A stretch of 63,593 nt of DNA, the filler included, from Octopus bimaculoides (Eukaryota): NCBI RefSeq assembly GCF_001194135.2. It is 6 parts of 5 records of this genome, joined end to end, with 100 filler letters (N's around TTAATTAATTAA, not from the genome) between each part and the next. Parts side by side here need not be neighbours in the genome. Positions count along the whole stretch, not along the records: positions 49,032 to 52,677 come from NC_069009.1; positions 52,778 to 61,101 come from NC_068981.1; positions 61,202 to 63,593 come from NC_068981.1; 3 more parts are not named here. The stretch is one strand, 5' to 3'. The notes under the pieces are model-generated. The model searched no databases and had not been told where the DNA came from. It was given only the letters and a program-made list of their open reading frames with translations. Below are positions 50,455 to 63,074 of this stretch, piece by piece; the stretch's first letter is position 1, and each line of letters opens with the position of its first letter. The position numbers and the translations under genes are program-made.

Positions 50455-50870
50455 CGTTTGATCCAGCGTAACATCGCACTTATGGTAATCTTTCTAGAGA
50501 GTTGAAACCGGTGTTGGTTTTCCATTCTGAAATGCACCCTACATTGAAAGGGTTAAACCAGTTACAATTGGCTGCCTGTCGAAAGTCGAACAGTAAGACG
50601 GGCGTTTTACAGAAATTGTTCTTGGACTTGTACACAAACCAATTTTGCAGTTGTTTACAATTTTGTGCATTCGCAATAATTAACCATTGCCAACCAAGTC
50701 TACTCTTTCGTTAGACAATGTTGCTGGCCACTTTCCAAATCTTAATGAAATTCAAACGAAGCTTTAAGTAAACGTTGTTTCTTTGCTTCCAAACACAACA
50801 TCCGTTTTGCAGCTGATAAACTAAGACGTAATAGCAACCGCCAAGGTGTACCATCGTTTTATATACCACC
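50455..50870 (+). mobile_element. Tigger/pogo DDE transposase remnant
   Basis: LKPVLVFHSE, SNSKT, DNVAGHFPNL, LLPNTTSVLQ and DVIATAKVY match pogo-family KPLLVY.SENP, DNAPGHP and LPPNTTS..QPMDQGVI. Confidence 0.8.
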
Positions 50871-51020
50871 CGCCCGAGACCGCTCCTGGTTATATGATAA
50901 CAACTTCCTGTTTTAATGTGATCTAAATTAAAACATTCCATCAAAATTCCATATTAATTTATGCTTTAGACACCAGTTTATTTATGAGAAAGTTATTTTA
51001 CTAAATTGTACATATTTTCA

Positions 51021-51168
51021 GGTGGAGGCGCAATGGCCCAGTGGTTAGGGCAGCGGACTCGCGGTCATAGGATCGCGGTTTCGATTCCCAGACCGGGCGT
51101 TGTGAGTGTTTATTGAGCGAAAACACCTAAAGCTCCAATTTATTGAGCGAAAACACCTAAAGCTCCAA
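51021..51168 (+). mobile_element. tRNA-derived SINE head (family 2) ending in a 30-bp tandem duplication
   Basis: GGTGGAGGCGCAATGGCCCAGTGGTTAGG...GGTTTCGATTCCCAGACC, then TTATTGAGCGAAAACACCTAAAGCTCCAAT x2. Confidence 0.85.
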
Positions 51169-51171
51169 TTT

Positions 51172-51285
51172 CAACGGATTTCGCTCAAATCTGATGTCGA
51201 TGTTACTTATCTTGGTTTGAAATAAAGGACTTAATCATTTAATAATCCTAGCTTAATCCCGAGCAGCGCCGGGTTATACTGCTAG
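51172..51285 (+). mobile_element. Helitron 3' terminus
   Basis: GC-rich hairpin CCCGAGCAGCGCCGGG (51258-51273), 8-nt spacer, then CTAG|T. Confidence 0.7.
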
Positions 51286-52777
51286 TATNNNNNNNNNNNN
51301 NNNNNNNNNNNNNNNNNNNNNNNNNNNNNNNNNNNNNNNNNNNNNNNNNNNNNNNNNNNNNNNNNNNNNNNNNNNNNNNNNNNNNNNNNNNNNNNNNNNN
51401 NNNNNNNNNNNNNNNNNNNNNNNNNNNNNNNNNNNNNNNNNNNNNNNNNNNNNNNNNNNNNNNNNNNNNNNNNNNNNNNNNNNNNNNNNNNNNNNNNNNN
51501 NNNNNNNNNNNNNNNNNNNNNNNNNNNNNNNNNNNNNNNNNNNNNNNNNNNNNNNNNNNNNNNNNNNNNNNNNNNNNNNNNNNNNNNNNNNNNNNNNNNN
51601 NNNNNNNNNNNNNNNNNNNNNNNNNNNNNNNNNNNNNNNNNNNNNNNNNNNNNNNNNNNNNNNNNNNNNNNNNNNNNNNNNNNNNNNNNNNNNNNNNNNN
51701 NNNNNNNNNNNNNNNNNNNNNNNNNNNNNNNNNNNNNNNNNNNNNNNNNNNNNNNNNNNNNNNNNNNNNNNNNNNNGAAAAGAAAGGCGGAGGTAAGAAC
51801 GCGATGCAGGGAGAGAGGGAAAGGAGACAAAGACAGAGAGAGGGAGGTAAGGGAGATAGAAGCAGATAGAGAGAGAGAGAGAAAGGGGGAGTGAAAGAAC
51901 AGAGAGAGATGGAAAGAGCGATGTGCGGGAGGAGACGCAGTGAGAGTGGTAAGAGAGCGTGAGGAGAAAGAAGCAGATAGGGAGATAGAGAGGCAGAGAA
52001 AGACACAGAGAGTGTGAGAGAAGAGAGAGAAATATACATACATGTACGCTTGTGTGTTTGTGTGTGTGTTTATATATATATACGTATGTATGCCGAATGG
52101 AATTCTTACGGCGCACGTGGGACAAAGGAATGTCGGATGATATCTGCTGCCTGCACACATGTGGTGTAGTTCTTTGTATATATATATGTGTTACATGTGT
52201 GTATATATGTATGTGTGTGTGTGTACATATCTATCTATCTATCTATATCTATATCTATATATATATATATATAGATATATTAATATTTCACTTAGGCATA
52301 GCGATAGTAATACCTTGGTACTAAAACTCGCTATACATATGCTTCAGAAAAAAGCGTTAGTCGAATACTGAATATGTTAGGAGAATATATAAATAACAAA
52401 GGAATAAGAAATTATGTAATAGACTTCGTTTGCTTACAGCTGTTTCTGTTCTAAGATGCAATGCACGCATGAAATTGTCCAAATGTGATTTTCGAATGAA
52501 GATGGATTGTAAAATTTCTCTTAATTTTTCGACCAGTGCATCGACTCTGGAAACGGCCGTAGAAAGTAGTTTTCCTCTGATTGTATTATATACTATTTAT
52601 ATTTGTAAAAATAATGGATTGAACTTTATGGATTTATAAAGGTGCCACAGAGTGGGACTGAACCTGGAACCATGTGGNNNNNNNNNNNNNNNNNNNNNNN
52701 NNNNNNNNNNNNNNNNNNNNNTTAATTAATTAANNNNNNNNNNNNNNNNNNNNNNNNNNNNNNNNNNNNNNNNNNNN

Positions 52778-52831
<54 letters not shown>

Positions 52832-54579
52832 CATACATACATACATACATGCATGCATACATACACACATGCATACATACATACATATACATAATACATT
52901 AATACATATATATATGCAAACACTACATACACACGCACACACACACACACATATACAAATACACACACACACACATACAAATACACACACACATAGATTC
53001 ACACATACACATGCACAAGTAGACAGGCGGTGAGAAAGAGTAAGATTGTGTGTAATCGTGTTTCGATTCCCCGTTGGAGTCATGTCATGTTTATAGCTGC
53101 AACTGAAATACAAAAATGAATAACATAGTCGTTTGGTAGTGGTCCTCCTGATTAGTTTTTCCTTTATATAAGTTACTCTTACTATATATGTATGTATAAC
53201 GAAGTTTGATAGTCTAAAAACTTTTTCTTGACAACGATGATCGCTTTCTTTTTTTTTTTTTCATTTTTTTTTTCTTTTAGCATTTTAAGCATTACACTTT
53301 TCCTTATACAAAATACCAAACTGTTTGATAGTTGAGAAGTTTTAATGAGATAATTAGTAAGTTATCGGTGCATTAGACATGGTATTACACTTGCTGATAA
53401 CGGGTGACATTTGAATATCCGAAATTTTGATTAGTTTGGTTATATGGTTTACAGAAGATATTATAATTTCAGCTGATATTTTCGTACGAAATGCAAGTTC
53501 ATTCATTAAAATTCATAAATTCACATCAAGGAAATGTTACATCACAGAAATTGAACACTAGCTGGTCTTCTGAGTGTTCGATTATGCGTATACCGTTCAC
53601 CGTGCAACTTATGAGTCCATATTCAGGACTCCTAGCTTTCACTGACTCGACTCAATCATATATGTGGTGTTGTAAATAAGTTTATAGTGCTTTTTAAAAG
53701 GTTGATCTGAGGATGAATGGCAGCGCCCATGACACTTTACATGCTTCGGAGACTGCTAGTCAAAGGAAAGACGTTATTCTCAGACTGGATACTTGTCCCG
53801 AATATTTGCAACGGAGTGAACTTCACTAAAGACATCCAAGGGCCAGGTGACTGTGCTAACGCGGGTGATGGATCACGTCTACCACCCATAGACATAACCA
53901 GTCGCTCCGGCGGACTTCAGTGCATTTTGCGTTAACGAAACACCTCTCAACGCTTTGGTCAACTCAACGTTATGGTGAAAGGCATTTGATCAATGTGCTG
54001 TCTTCTGATATCTGACGCAGAACATGTAATTGTGAAGTGAAATTTTTAAGTGATACAGTCATGTCAGCATCACGTTAGTCATCTTCTTTCTTGAATGATA
54101 CAGTACAAAATTATTGTTCAGAATTCGGCGTCAAGTATCTAACACTGAATGACGAATAGTGTAATGTTATATATTAAATACAATCTACTTCGTGATGTCC
54201 GTAAGAACCCATAAGGAATTCTCAAACCCGTTGCCTATCATTTTCAACTCTCCCGACCACTTCGCTATTTCATGATATCCGATGTTCTCCCATACTGACT
54301 ACCATAGTACCAAGGGGGAAATCTCGTCTTCAGTCTGAGAGTCTCCACTCCGGAAGTTATAAATATATACCTCAATGTTCTATGAAAAGGTTTTCATCAC
54401 CACTCCCAACCTTATTCTGTTTTTATTTTGTTTCTTTTAAAGAAAAATTGCACATCTATATTGTACATATTCTTGCGGGAGTATGTAGACAAGTATACAT
54501 GTGTGTATACTCCAACGTACTTGTGTTCTCATTAGTGATAGCCATAAACTGTTTAATTGCTCCGATATGTTTATATATA

Positions 54580-54670
<91 letters not shown>
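54580..54670. repeat. (TG)n microsatellite
   Basis: Directly visible. Confidence 0.95.
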
Positions 54671-54671
<1 letters not shown>

Positions 54672-55564
54672 GATCACTCTTTGTCTGACTACGTGAACAG
54701 AATATACTTCTTTAAGGGTAAGGGTTTTTAATAACGCCAAAACATCTCCGCTGCCTTCATCTATTAGCTTTAAAACCAGATCTACTTCCATTTGTATTGT
54801 GTATATTTTCTAAAACTTTCACTAAACAGATCTTATGGCAATCATCTCGCTTATTTTTATAAGTTATTTAAACAGCTCTAAAGGGAGTTTTTGTCTACAA
54901 AATGATTGGATGATAAAAGATCATATATGTGCGTATGTCTTCTACTACTTACTGTATAATTCAGACGTCCTGAATTTTAAAATATTCAATGGCGTGCTTT
55001 AAACTTAAATCACATTTCTAGGTGTACTTGACCTATATCTCCGGCAGCCTGTTGTTGTTGTCCTAATCTGCCTCTTAGCTTGAACTCCATCTTTTTTTTA
55101 TCAAGCTTCATTGGCTATTCTTATCTTGCATGCTCTTATCTCTGCTCCTACTCCCTTCAATCACCTCATCCCAAATTCCTAACCGTTTTTCCTTCAACGT
55201 CAGAGCTCCTCCGTTACTCTCTATATCACCCACTAATACTATTCCTTTAACTCCAAGTCTATTTACTAGCCCACATCACAACCGCCACTTCCTCTGTCTT
55301 TCTCACTCCCAGAAAAAGAGTAAGTGCCCGAAATATTAGATAATTCCCTCCTAAAGTGAGTGAAAAACTGAATTCTTTCACGAACACTCTGATATACGTT
55401 CACATTACAGTGAACCTGCTTCTAATTCCATCGACCCAACTTATTCGAAATTGCAATATTTCATCTATTGTGCACATAGCATCTCCCTCTCTCTTCTTTT
55501 CTTGTCTTCTCTCATGCTTTCTCTCTCTTTCTACCTCCAGCTATATTATTCTGTACTTCTAGCG

Positions 55565-55603
55565 TCCTTTCTCTCTCTCACTCACTCTCTCTCTCTCTCT
55601 CTC

Positions 55604-55690
<87 letters not shown>
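55565..55690. repeat. (CT)n microsatellite
   Basis: Directly visible. Confidence 0.95.
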
Positions 55691-55691
<1 letters not shown>

Positions 55692-56649
55692 CACCGCCTC
55701 CCACATTTTCTATCTTTCTTCCAGTATCTCCAGGGTGTTTTTACTCTAAAGTTATTTTTAAAGAAGAGCTAAATATATACGCGTATAGAGAATTAATTAA
55801 CGCATTTGTTCTATGCTATTTGCACAATTATGAATTAGTAATAATTATATCATTAATTAATCAACCGCTTTTTCAAGTAAGTTTATAGCTCAGTCAGCTG
55901 CAACACTTGTTAGTTGCATAACACTATGGTAATTTTCGGATTCTCGGCGCTACACACGGACATAATGAGTTTATTCAAGGATTGGGATTAAAATTGACAT
56001 ATTTGATTTCCGTGAACTTTTTTGTTTATTTCAATAAGTAGCATATGCTATTTGTCGTTATAATAATGAACACACCTAGCATTGTTCATTTCCATACAGT
56101 TATAGTTGTCCTGCTCTCGAATACTATTTTCCGGGGAAACTAACATCTTGTTCATGAGAAAAGATACTGCTTCCTCTCGCTACTTCTTTGTTCTTTTGTT
56201 TGATCTACACAAAAGAATGCCATTACTTCTTGACATTTCCAAAGACAAATGCTAGAAAGAGAAAGAGGGGGAGAAAAGAAGAGAATGACAGCAATTTTGG
56301 CAGTAAGAATTAATTCAGAAGTTGTAGCTCGCTGCTGGATAAATGTCAAGTATATTTCGAATCTCTCTCTCCCTCCTCTCTATTTTTCTCATTCTCTCTC
56401 TCGCGCACACGCACACGCTGACACACACACTCCTTCTCTGTCTTTCACTCACTTTTCTGTTTCTTTCTCCCCTTCTCTATCTCTCTTCCTCTCTCCTTCT
56501 TTATTTTTTTTTTTTCCTGTTTTTTAGTTCTGCTTATTTTTGCTTTACCCACACAGTTAAATGGTATACAAATATACATATATAGTTCTCTTTACTCATA
56601 CCGATATATATATATAGCAGGTAAGTATTGACATTATAATGCTATAGCG

Positions 56650-56835
56650 AAAGTTGTTTAACCATAGATCAATCCTGATCAAGCAATCCTCGTATGATCA
56701 AAGGCATTTTCAAGTAGGACACCCCGTATTTTTAAGGGATTCGTAGGATGATATTAACTAATGCATCCGGCATTTTGGAGCTGAATGGTCAGATTTGACA
56801 GCAATTTGACTGCTATTTCTGCTTGGTCATGCAAG
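56650..56835 (-). mobile_element. Dispersed repeat/SINE (family 5)
   Basis: Reverse-complement match (GAAATAGCAGTCAAAT...GAAAATGCCTTTGATCAT). Confidence 0.5.
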
Positions 56836-57769
56836 CAAATAGACTATATCATTGGATCAGAAAAAAGAATAAAAGAACATATGTATGTATATGTATGTAT
56901 CTATGTATTCATGTGGTAATATATGTGTGTGTGCATGTATATAGACGTACATATGTATTTAAACAATGAAGAAATATCGCATGGCAAAAGATGTCTATCA
57001 GTTACTCTTTGTTATGCATTGCCAGAATCATATTTATTCAGAACCATCTTAATGACAGGTCTATTGATAAGTATATGCCGAGAACCAATGGGATATTTTT
57101 CCCCAAGTGTTGAGAATGTTTAAAGTTTCGCAATTCATAACAGTAAACCACAAATTTGTAAGCATGACACGAATTCAACACTCTCAGAAAATCCGATAAT
57201 CTAACGGTAAACTACTTCCCCACTACTTTAACTGACATTACAATTACTTATAGACTTGATCAAAAGTTAAGTAACTCGCTGAATCATAAGGCTTGAATTT
57301 TCACATGACAGCTGTACTTTAATAACAGTCACTGTATATCGTGGAGTGGAATTAATACCAACATTGACTCGTGGAAGCGAAAATCGCAATAGCTTCATAA
57401 TGTATTATGCTAATCCTAACTTATTTTGTATTATCAGTTTTCTAATATACGTTAATGATCCTTTCTACTATAGGCACAAGGCTTGAAAATAGTAAATTAA
57501 CAGTAGTAGTAAATCAACAGTAGTAGTAAATCAACAGCCGTAAACCTACCATTATTTGTGGTCTGAAGAAATCAGAGGAAGGCGCAGTACCTAGCTGCAT
57601 GACAGTACCTAGCTGCTTCGGCTTTACAGTAATAATATAAGTATAGTAATATTTGTGAAATTACAGTAGTGAACAAGTAAATAATAAGATAGGGGTTATA
57701 GTAGTACGGTGAAATTATAATAGTGAACAGGTAAATAATTACCCAGATTGATAATTACCTAGACTTATT

Positions 57770-59318
57770 AACAAGTGGCGTTGTGAAGCCGTCGAGTTAT
57801 CGGCGACTAAACCGGCAACCCTACTAAGCTTGCTTGGTGAGGAGGGTGCATTTTCGACACCCTACGGGATAAAAAGCAAAATCCGGCAAAAGGGCAGAAG
57901 AACTCAGAAAAGTCAATAACCATTCTGCCTTGGCTGGCAGTCTGTCTTGGAGAAGGATCACTCTGATTTAAAACTGGGGTAGATAGGACTCCTTAGTCAT
58001 AGTGATGACAACTTGTCGGTGTCCAACGGCTCTATGCCTGGGATAAAGGCGAATGAACTGCGAATCGGGACTTAACTCCGGAGCAATATTTGGATGAAAG
58101 TATGAAACCAACTGACGCTCACCTGTCTCCTGTGAGAATCAAGTGAGAATCAAGATCATGATCCCTTACACACAGAAATGCGAAGGGAACAGGCCCAACT
58201 TATGGGTAGTAAGAGCTCTGCAGTCTTAGTTGACAATTTTACCAGAGATGGTGTCTCGATAAAAATACCGGTTGGCGGATAACCTTAAAACACATACTTC
58301 AATGTTGAGTGAAAATGTCTAATACAAATGTATCAAATAATGGTGTTAATGAGGCTGGAACCAAAGGTGAAAACCTTTCGCCCGGCAGGTGCCCTGTAGT
58401 TGAGCAGCGCAGTCCTAGTCATCATCCAGAGACTGATTGTAAACAAAGCGAGAGACAGAAAAGAAGGTGCGATAAAAGCAGACCGAACGGTGACAGAATG
58501 CTGGATCAGGAGTGAACCCAGCAGAAGGTGATTCCGACAACGAATGAAAGCATAATGGAATGAGATAAGACTCTTCGAAACAAATGAGCAACGATTAGCC
58601 GACCAGGCAAGAGCAAAAAGGTGATTAACAGACATAGAATTCGAAGAGATAAAAAGGAAAGTAGAAGATAGAAATAATACTTCACCAATGGACAACGCGC
58701 CCAGCGAGAACAGAAAATCGAAAGGCGGCAGTGAAGAAGTAGAGCAAAGTGTAAATGTAAACGCATTCTCAGCAAATGAAGCAGAAGTAATAGGAAGATC
58801 TATATCACAAGAATACGATGATGTTCAACAAAACATAGTAAGAACGCTGTACCGATATATTAGAGAAGACCAGGTCAAGCACACCCCAACCTAATCCAAA
58901 CAGATCAGGTGCTAGGGAATAACAAACCGGACCTAGTGGTGGTGGACAAGGTGCATCACATATGCTGTATAGTTGACGTTGCATGCCCCTTTGACCCACG
59001 AATAGTCAAGAAGGAAGGCGAAAAGATAGATAGATACAACCCTCTTAAGTACGAAATAGTCCGGCTATGGAAAAGGTGAAGACAGTGCCAATTATTGCTG
59101 GGCCCTTGGGAACAGTATCTGAAGGCATCAAGAGGAATATAAAGTAAATTGGAATAGAGTATCCAGTAGAACTGTTATAAAAAGTTTGCCTCCTTGGCAA
59201 GGCCAGAATAATCAGGAAAGTATTAGACAGCTGAAAAAAATGGTACCGTAGGCTGCAGGTAGTAAGGCCGCTACGCATGCAAGACTCTAGGAGCTCCAAC
59301 AAAACCTGTGATAAGGAG

Positions 59319-59400
<82 letters not shown>
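57770..59400 (+). mobile_element. Internally deleted R4/Dong-clade LINE (5' UTR, ORF N-terminus, RLE, 3' UTR, (AAT)n)
   Basis: CWIRSEPSRR...ETNEQRLADQARA...LTDIEFEEIKRK joined near 58800 to NKPDLVVVD...DVACPFD...EKIDRYNPL...LGKARIIRKVLDS*. No RT present. The 5' boundary is approximate. Confidence 0.8.
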
Positions 59401-59402
<2 letters not shown>

Positions 59403-60939
59403 AAAGGTTTGTTATGTATTCAAGAGCCGCCAACAAAAAGTCAACCTCTTGTTATACATGGATGATCTCAAACTTTATAGTAAAGATGAACCTCAAGTCA
59501 GTTCCTTCGTTGACACAGTATATACTTTCAGTGCTGATATCAGAATGGAGTTCGGACTGAAAATGTGTGATGAGTTAGTCTTCAAGAGAGGCAAAATCAA
59601 ATGTATGGACGAGCTAACGATACCGTCAGGGGAGGTTATGAAGCAGATAGACGAGACGGGCTTTAAGTACTTGTGGATATTGGAAATGAATAAATTGATG
59701 GAGAAAGATATGACAGAAAACTTTAAGGTGGCTTACTTGCGCAGACTGAGACTGATTCTTAAGTTGAATTTAAACGGACGGAATAAGATTGAAGCTATCA
59801 ACACCTGGGCGGTTTCACACCTTAGATATGGAGCAGGGATAATCGCATTGACAGTAGACGAACTAAACAGCGTAGACAGAAAGACAAGTTGCTGACTAGA
59901 TATGGGATACTCCATACCAAAATTTGACACAGATAGACTGTATGTACCAAGAAAAAGAGGGGGAAGAGGACTGATTGGATGCGAACACAGCATTAGAGCA
60001 GAAGACAACATAACATGGTATGTAAAAAAATGCCACAGAACCGCTATTATTGGAAGTAAGAAACTTAGGCTTGTGTAATTGGAAGAATGCATAGATAATT
60101 TCATAGGGATGTTGATGATAAGTCAGACAGAGAAAAAAGATGGCTATGGCTATGGATAACTAAATGTGATTTAGAACCGTAAATGGAGGCTCTAATCTGA
60201 GTCGCCCAAGAGCAAGCATTAAGAACTAATTACATCAAATACAGAATAGACAACACATCAGAAAGTGTTAAGTGCAGAATTTGTGGAAAAAATGGTGAAA
60301 CCGTATGGCATATAACCAATCAATGTACGCCACTAGCCCAGAAAGAATATAAGAGACGTCCATTATAAGGATTGTCCATTGGACACTTTGCAACAAGTAT
60401 GGACTTGACAGAGCAAAAAGGTGGTATGAACATAAAGCCGAAGGCATCATCGAAAATAATAATGCAAAGATCCTATGGGAGTTTATGATTCAGTGCGACC
60501 ATGCGATAGGGAATAGGAAACCAGACATAGTATTGAGAAAGAAACAAACGATGCTGGATCATAGATATAGCATGCCCAGCTGACAATAGGGTATGCGATA
60601 AGGAAGAAAGAAAAGTCGATAGATATAACAGGTTAGCTTGGGAGGTTAAGCAGTTGTGATCGATGAAAAAGGTGGTAGTAGTACCAATAATTGTCGGAGC
60701 CTTGGGAATAGTGAGTAAAAATCTTGAGAAGCACATGGAACAAATAGGAGCTACAATAAGGGTAGAGCACCTGCAGAAAACAACACTGCTTGGAATCGCT
60801 CGAATACTCCGAATGGTGCTCGAAAAATAAGGGTTGTTACTTTAGTTCACTGGTAGTGAACAGCTGACACCGTAGTGCATCTCCAGCGTTAGAAGCTGTG
60901 CAAAGACAATAAGATAATAACAACAACAACAACAACAAC

Positions 60940-60968
<29 letters not shown>
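59401..60968 (+). mobile_element. 5'-truncated R4/Dong-clade LINE (RT, zinc knuckle, RLE) with (CAA)/(TAA)n tail
   Basis: LLYMDDLKLY, AINTWAVSHLRYGAG, KCRICGKNGETVWHI..QC, KPDIV...DIACPAD...KVDRY, KTTLLGIARILRMVLEK*, with frameshifts. Confidence 0.92.
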
Positions 60969-60970
<2 letters not shown>

Positions 60971-61048
60971 TTTAAAAAAAGGATTGACGTAACTCTTCAC
61001 GAAGGTAAATAGTCAAAACGAAGAGCGCGATTTTAGATGTTTTATTTT

Positions 61049-61091
61049 TTGAACAACATTTCGACAGAACGTCTGTCTTTCTCAAGTTCAA
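61049..61091 (-). ncRNA. Minimal hammerhead motif with U3-A8 core covariation
   Basis: UUGAAC-UUGAGAA-A-GACAGA-CGU-UCUGUC-GAAA-UG-UU-GUUCAA. 6-bp stems I and II. Confidence 0.65.
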
Positions 61092-61280
61092 ACCAAAAGG
61101 TNNNNNNNNNNNNNNNNNNNNNNNNNNNNNNNNNNNNNNNNNNNNTTAATTAATTAANNNNNNNNNNNNNNNNNNNNNNNNNNNNNNNNNNNNNNNNNNN
61201 NATCCGGTTTCACCAGTCCTCAGTCAAATCGTCCAACCCATGCTAGCATGGAAAGCGGACGTTAAACGATGATGATGATG

Positions 61281-61314
<34 letters not shown>

Positions 61315-61316
<2 letters not shown>

Positions 61317-61515
61317 CTGTGTTTGTCCCCCCAACATCGCTTGACAACCAATGGTGGTGTGTTTACGTCCCTGTAACTTAGCGGTTCGGCAAAAGAGACC
61401 GATAGAATAAGTACTAAGCTTACAAAGAATAAGTCCTGGGGTCGAGTTGCTCGACTAAAGTCGGTGCTCCAGCATGGCCGCAATCAAATGACTGAAACAA
61501 GTAAATGAGTAAAAG
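61315..61515 (+). mobile_element. SINE (family 4)
   Basis: GTGTTTACGTCCCTGTAACTTAGCGGTTCGGCAAAAGAGACCGATAGAATAAGTAC...TGACTGAAACAAGTAAA. Confidence 0.85.
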
Positions 61516-62309
61516 AAGTTATAACAAAAATAATTTAACATTAAACTGAAAAATTGCCCAATACTCTTTGTAGAATACATACGTATACTTTTACAAGAAA
61601 AGTGGTAGCAGTGACTTCCTTTTCTGATAAAGATCTCTCCAAAATGTTAATTATTAGCTCTCATCATCTTAATATCTCTTCTTTTATGTTTTAATAAATA
61701 TTTCGTTTTGTTATGGTGCAGAGCTCACCCACTTCCAAGGTAGATAACTTCCTTAATCAATCTTAAACACTACAGTGATTGAAAGTCTCTTCCATCATAT
61801 CTTTTATGTTATACTTTAAATTATAAATCTCACAATGGAACAGTTTTGTCATCAACTGTGCAGCAGATTTTCCCATTAAAAAGGCAGAAGATTCAATCAG
61901 ATAGAGCATTTTGACACAGATAGAACTGTATGGTTAAGAAGTTCACTTTATAACCAAATGATGTCTGCTTTTGGTCCCACTGCATGACAGTTTAGACAAA
62001 GTATGTTATACAATAGCCTCAGACTAACCAACATTTTCTGAGGTAGAGGAACTTTATCTCTCTCTCACACGTGCACACACACTTTTATATGTAAACACAC
62101 ACACATAACATAAATAGGTAATATAGTTAGAGAGACAGATAGGCAGGCAGACAGACCAACAGTCAGACAGCCAGAATATGTAGGAGGGTATACAGAATAA
62201 TCTCAAAACATATTGAAGCATGAAATATCTGGAATACAAGATCTTTCAAATATTTGATCAACTAGATCTGTGCCATAAGTAAGCTGAAGATGACCGGAGC
62301 CAATGAGAG

Positions 62310-62545
62310 AGCCTCTCAGTCGTTGAGGGAGTTTCTTAAGCTAATGAGGGAGCCTTTACATGGTCATCTCACCTGCTAGAAACAACAGCAATATCACCCT
62401 CAAATCACACCTTACTGCAATAAAGTAAAGAAGGTAGGGTACATTGAATATTGTGAGTAATATTATGGAAAAATGAACAATTTTACAGCTGGAATGCCTT
62501 TGATCATTGATCTACTTGGACAAGGCTCAATACAACAATAGCTTA
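62310..62545 (+). mobile_element. Dispersed repeat/SINE (family 5)
   Basis: CACCTGCTAGAAACAACAGC...CTCAAATCACACC...GCTGGAATGCCTTTGATCA. Confidence 0.6.
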
Positions 62546-62603
62546 TCAACTTAGCCAACAGATATTTAAAATATCAATGCATATTATTATTATTATTATT
62601 ATT

Positions 62604-63074
62604 GAGTGAGAGAGCAAAGCATGCCATCAAAGTGACACTGGGGTAAAATATACGAAGCCCATTATACCCATCATGACTACCTGTCTGATAAGGGTACACC
62701 AGGCACATGCCTCACAACCATATGTGCGCGACATGATGATCTCATATCAAGATAAACAGCGCATGACCTCGCAGGTGGGGCCCAATTAGAATTTTCTTCA
62801 GGTTGAGTAGCCTATCCCGCTCAAAAGGTCCCTGAATAAGGTTTGTTTAAGAATGTTGAACAAAACAACCATGTTTCCAAAAGTGAATTATTCAAACCCC
62901 AAAGAATTCCTCTCAACACATGGCTATGATGCTCCCCGACTACTTCTGCTCATGATCAGAGATGCACATATCGTCAGCCACCAAGGGATATGCTCAACTG
63001 GTTAAGGTCAAACAACTGACAAGCAAATCTGTGGTATGGAGCAGAATAATTGCTGTAGCCCATCTTTTATACCA
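62604..63074 (-). mobile_element. Copy of the 545-bp TTA-flanked element (about 75 bp shorter at one end)
   Basis: Same start as 8630 (GAGTGAGAGAGCA) with TTA repeats on both sides. Confidence 0.85.

Noticed and set aside
51021-51095. tRNA gene
   Set aside because: A and B boxes are present but there is no proper acceptor stem, and it continues into a SINE body shared with 9322-9540.
57777-57880. HDV-like or twister ribozyme at the R4 5' end
   Set aside because: Partial features exist (GG followed by a P4-like ACCCT/AGGGT stem; TAA-ACC...GGT-GAGGAGGG), but P1 pairs only 4/7, L3 lacks UCC, and there is no twister P4. A computational scan is still worthwhile.
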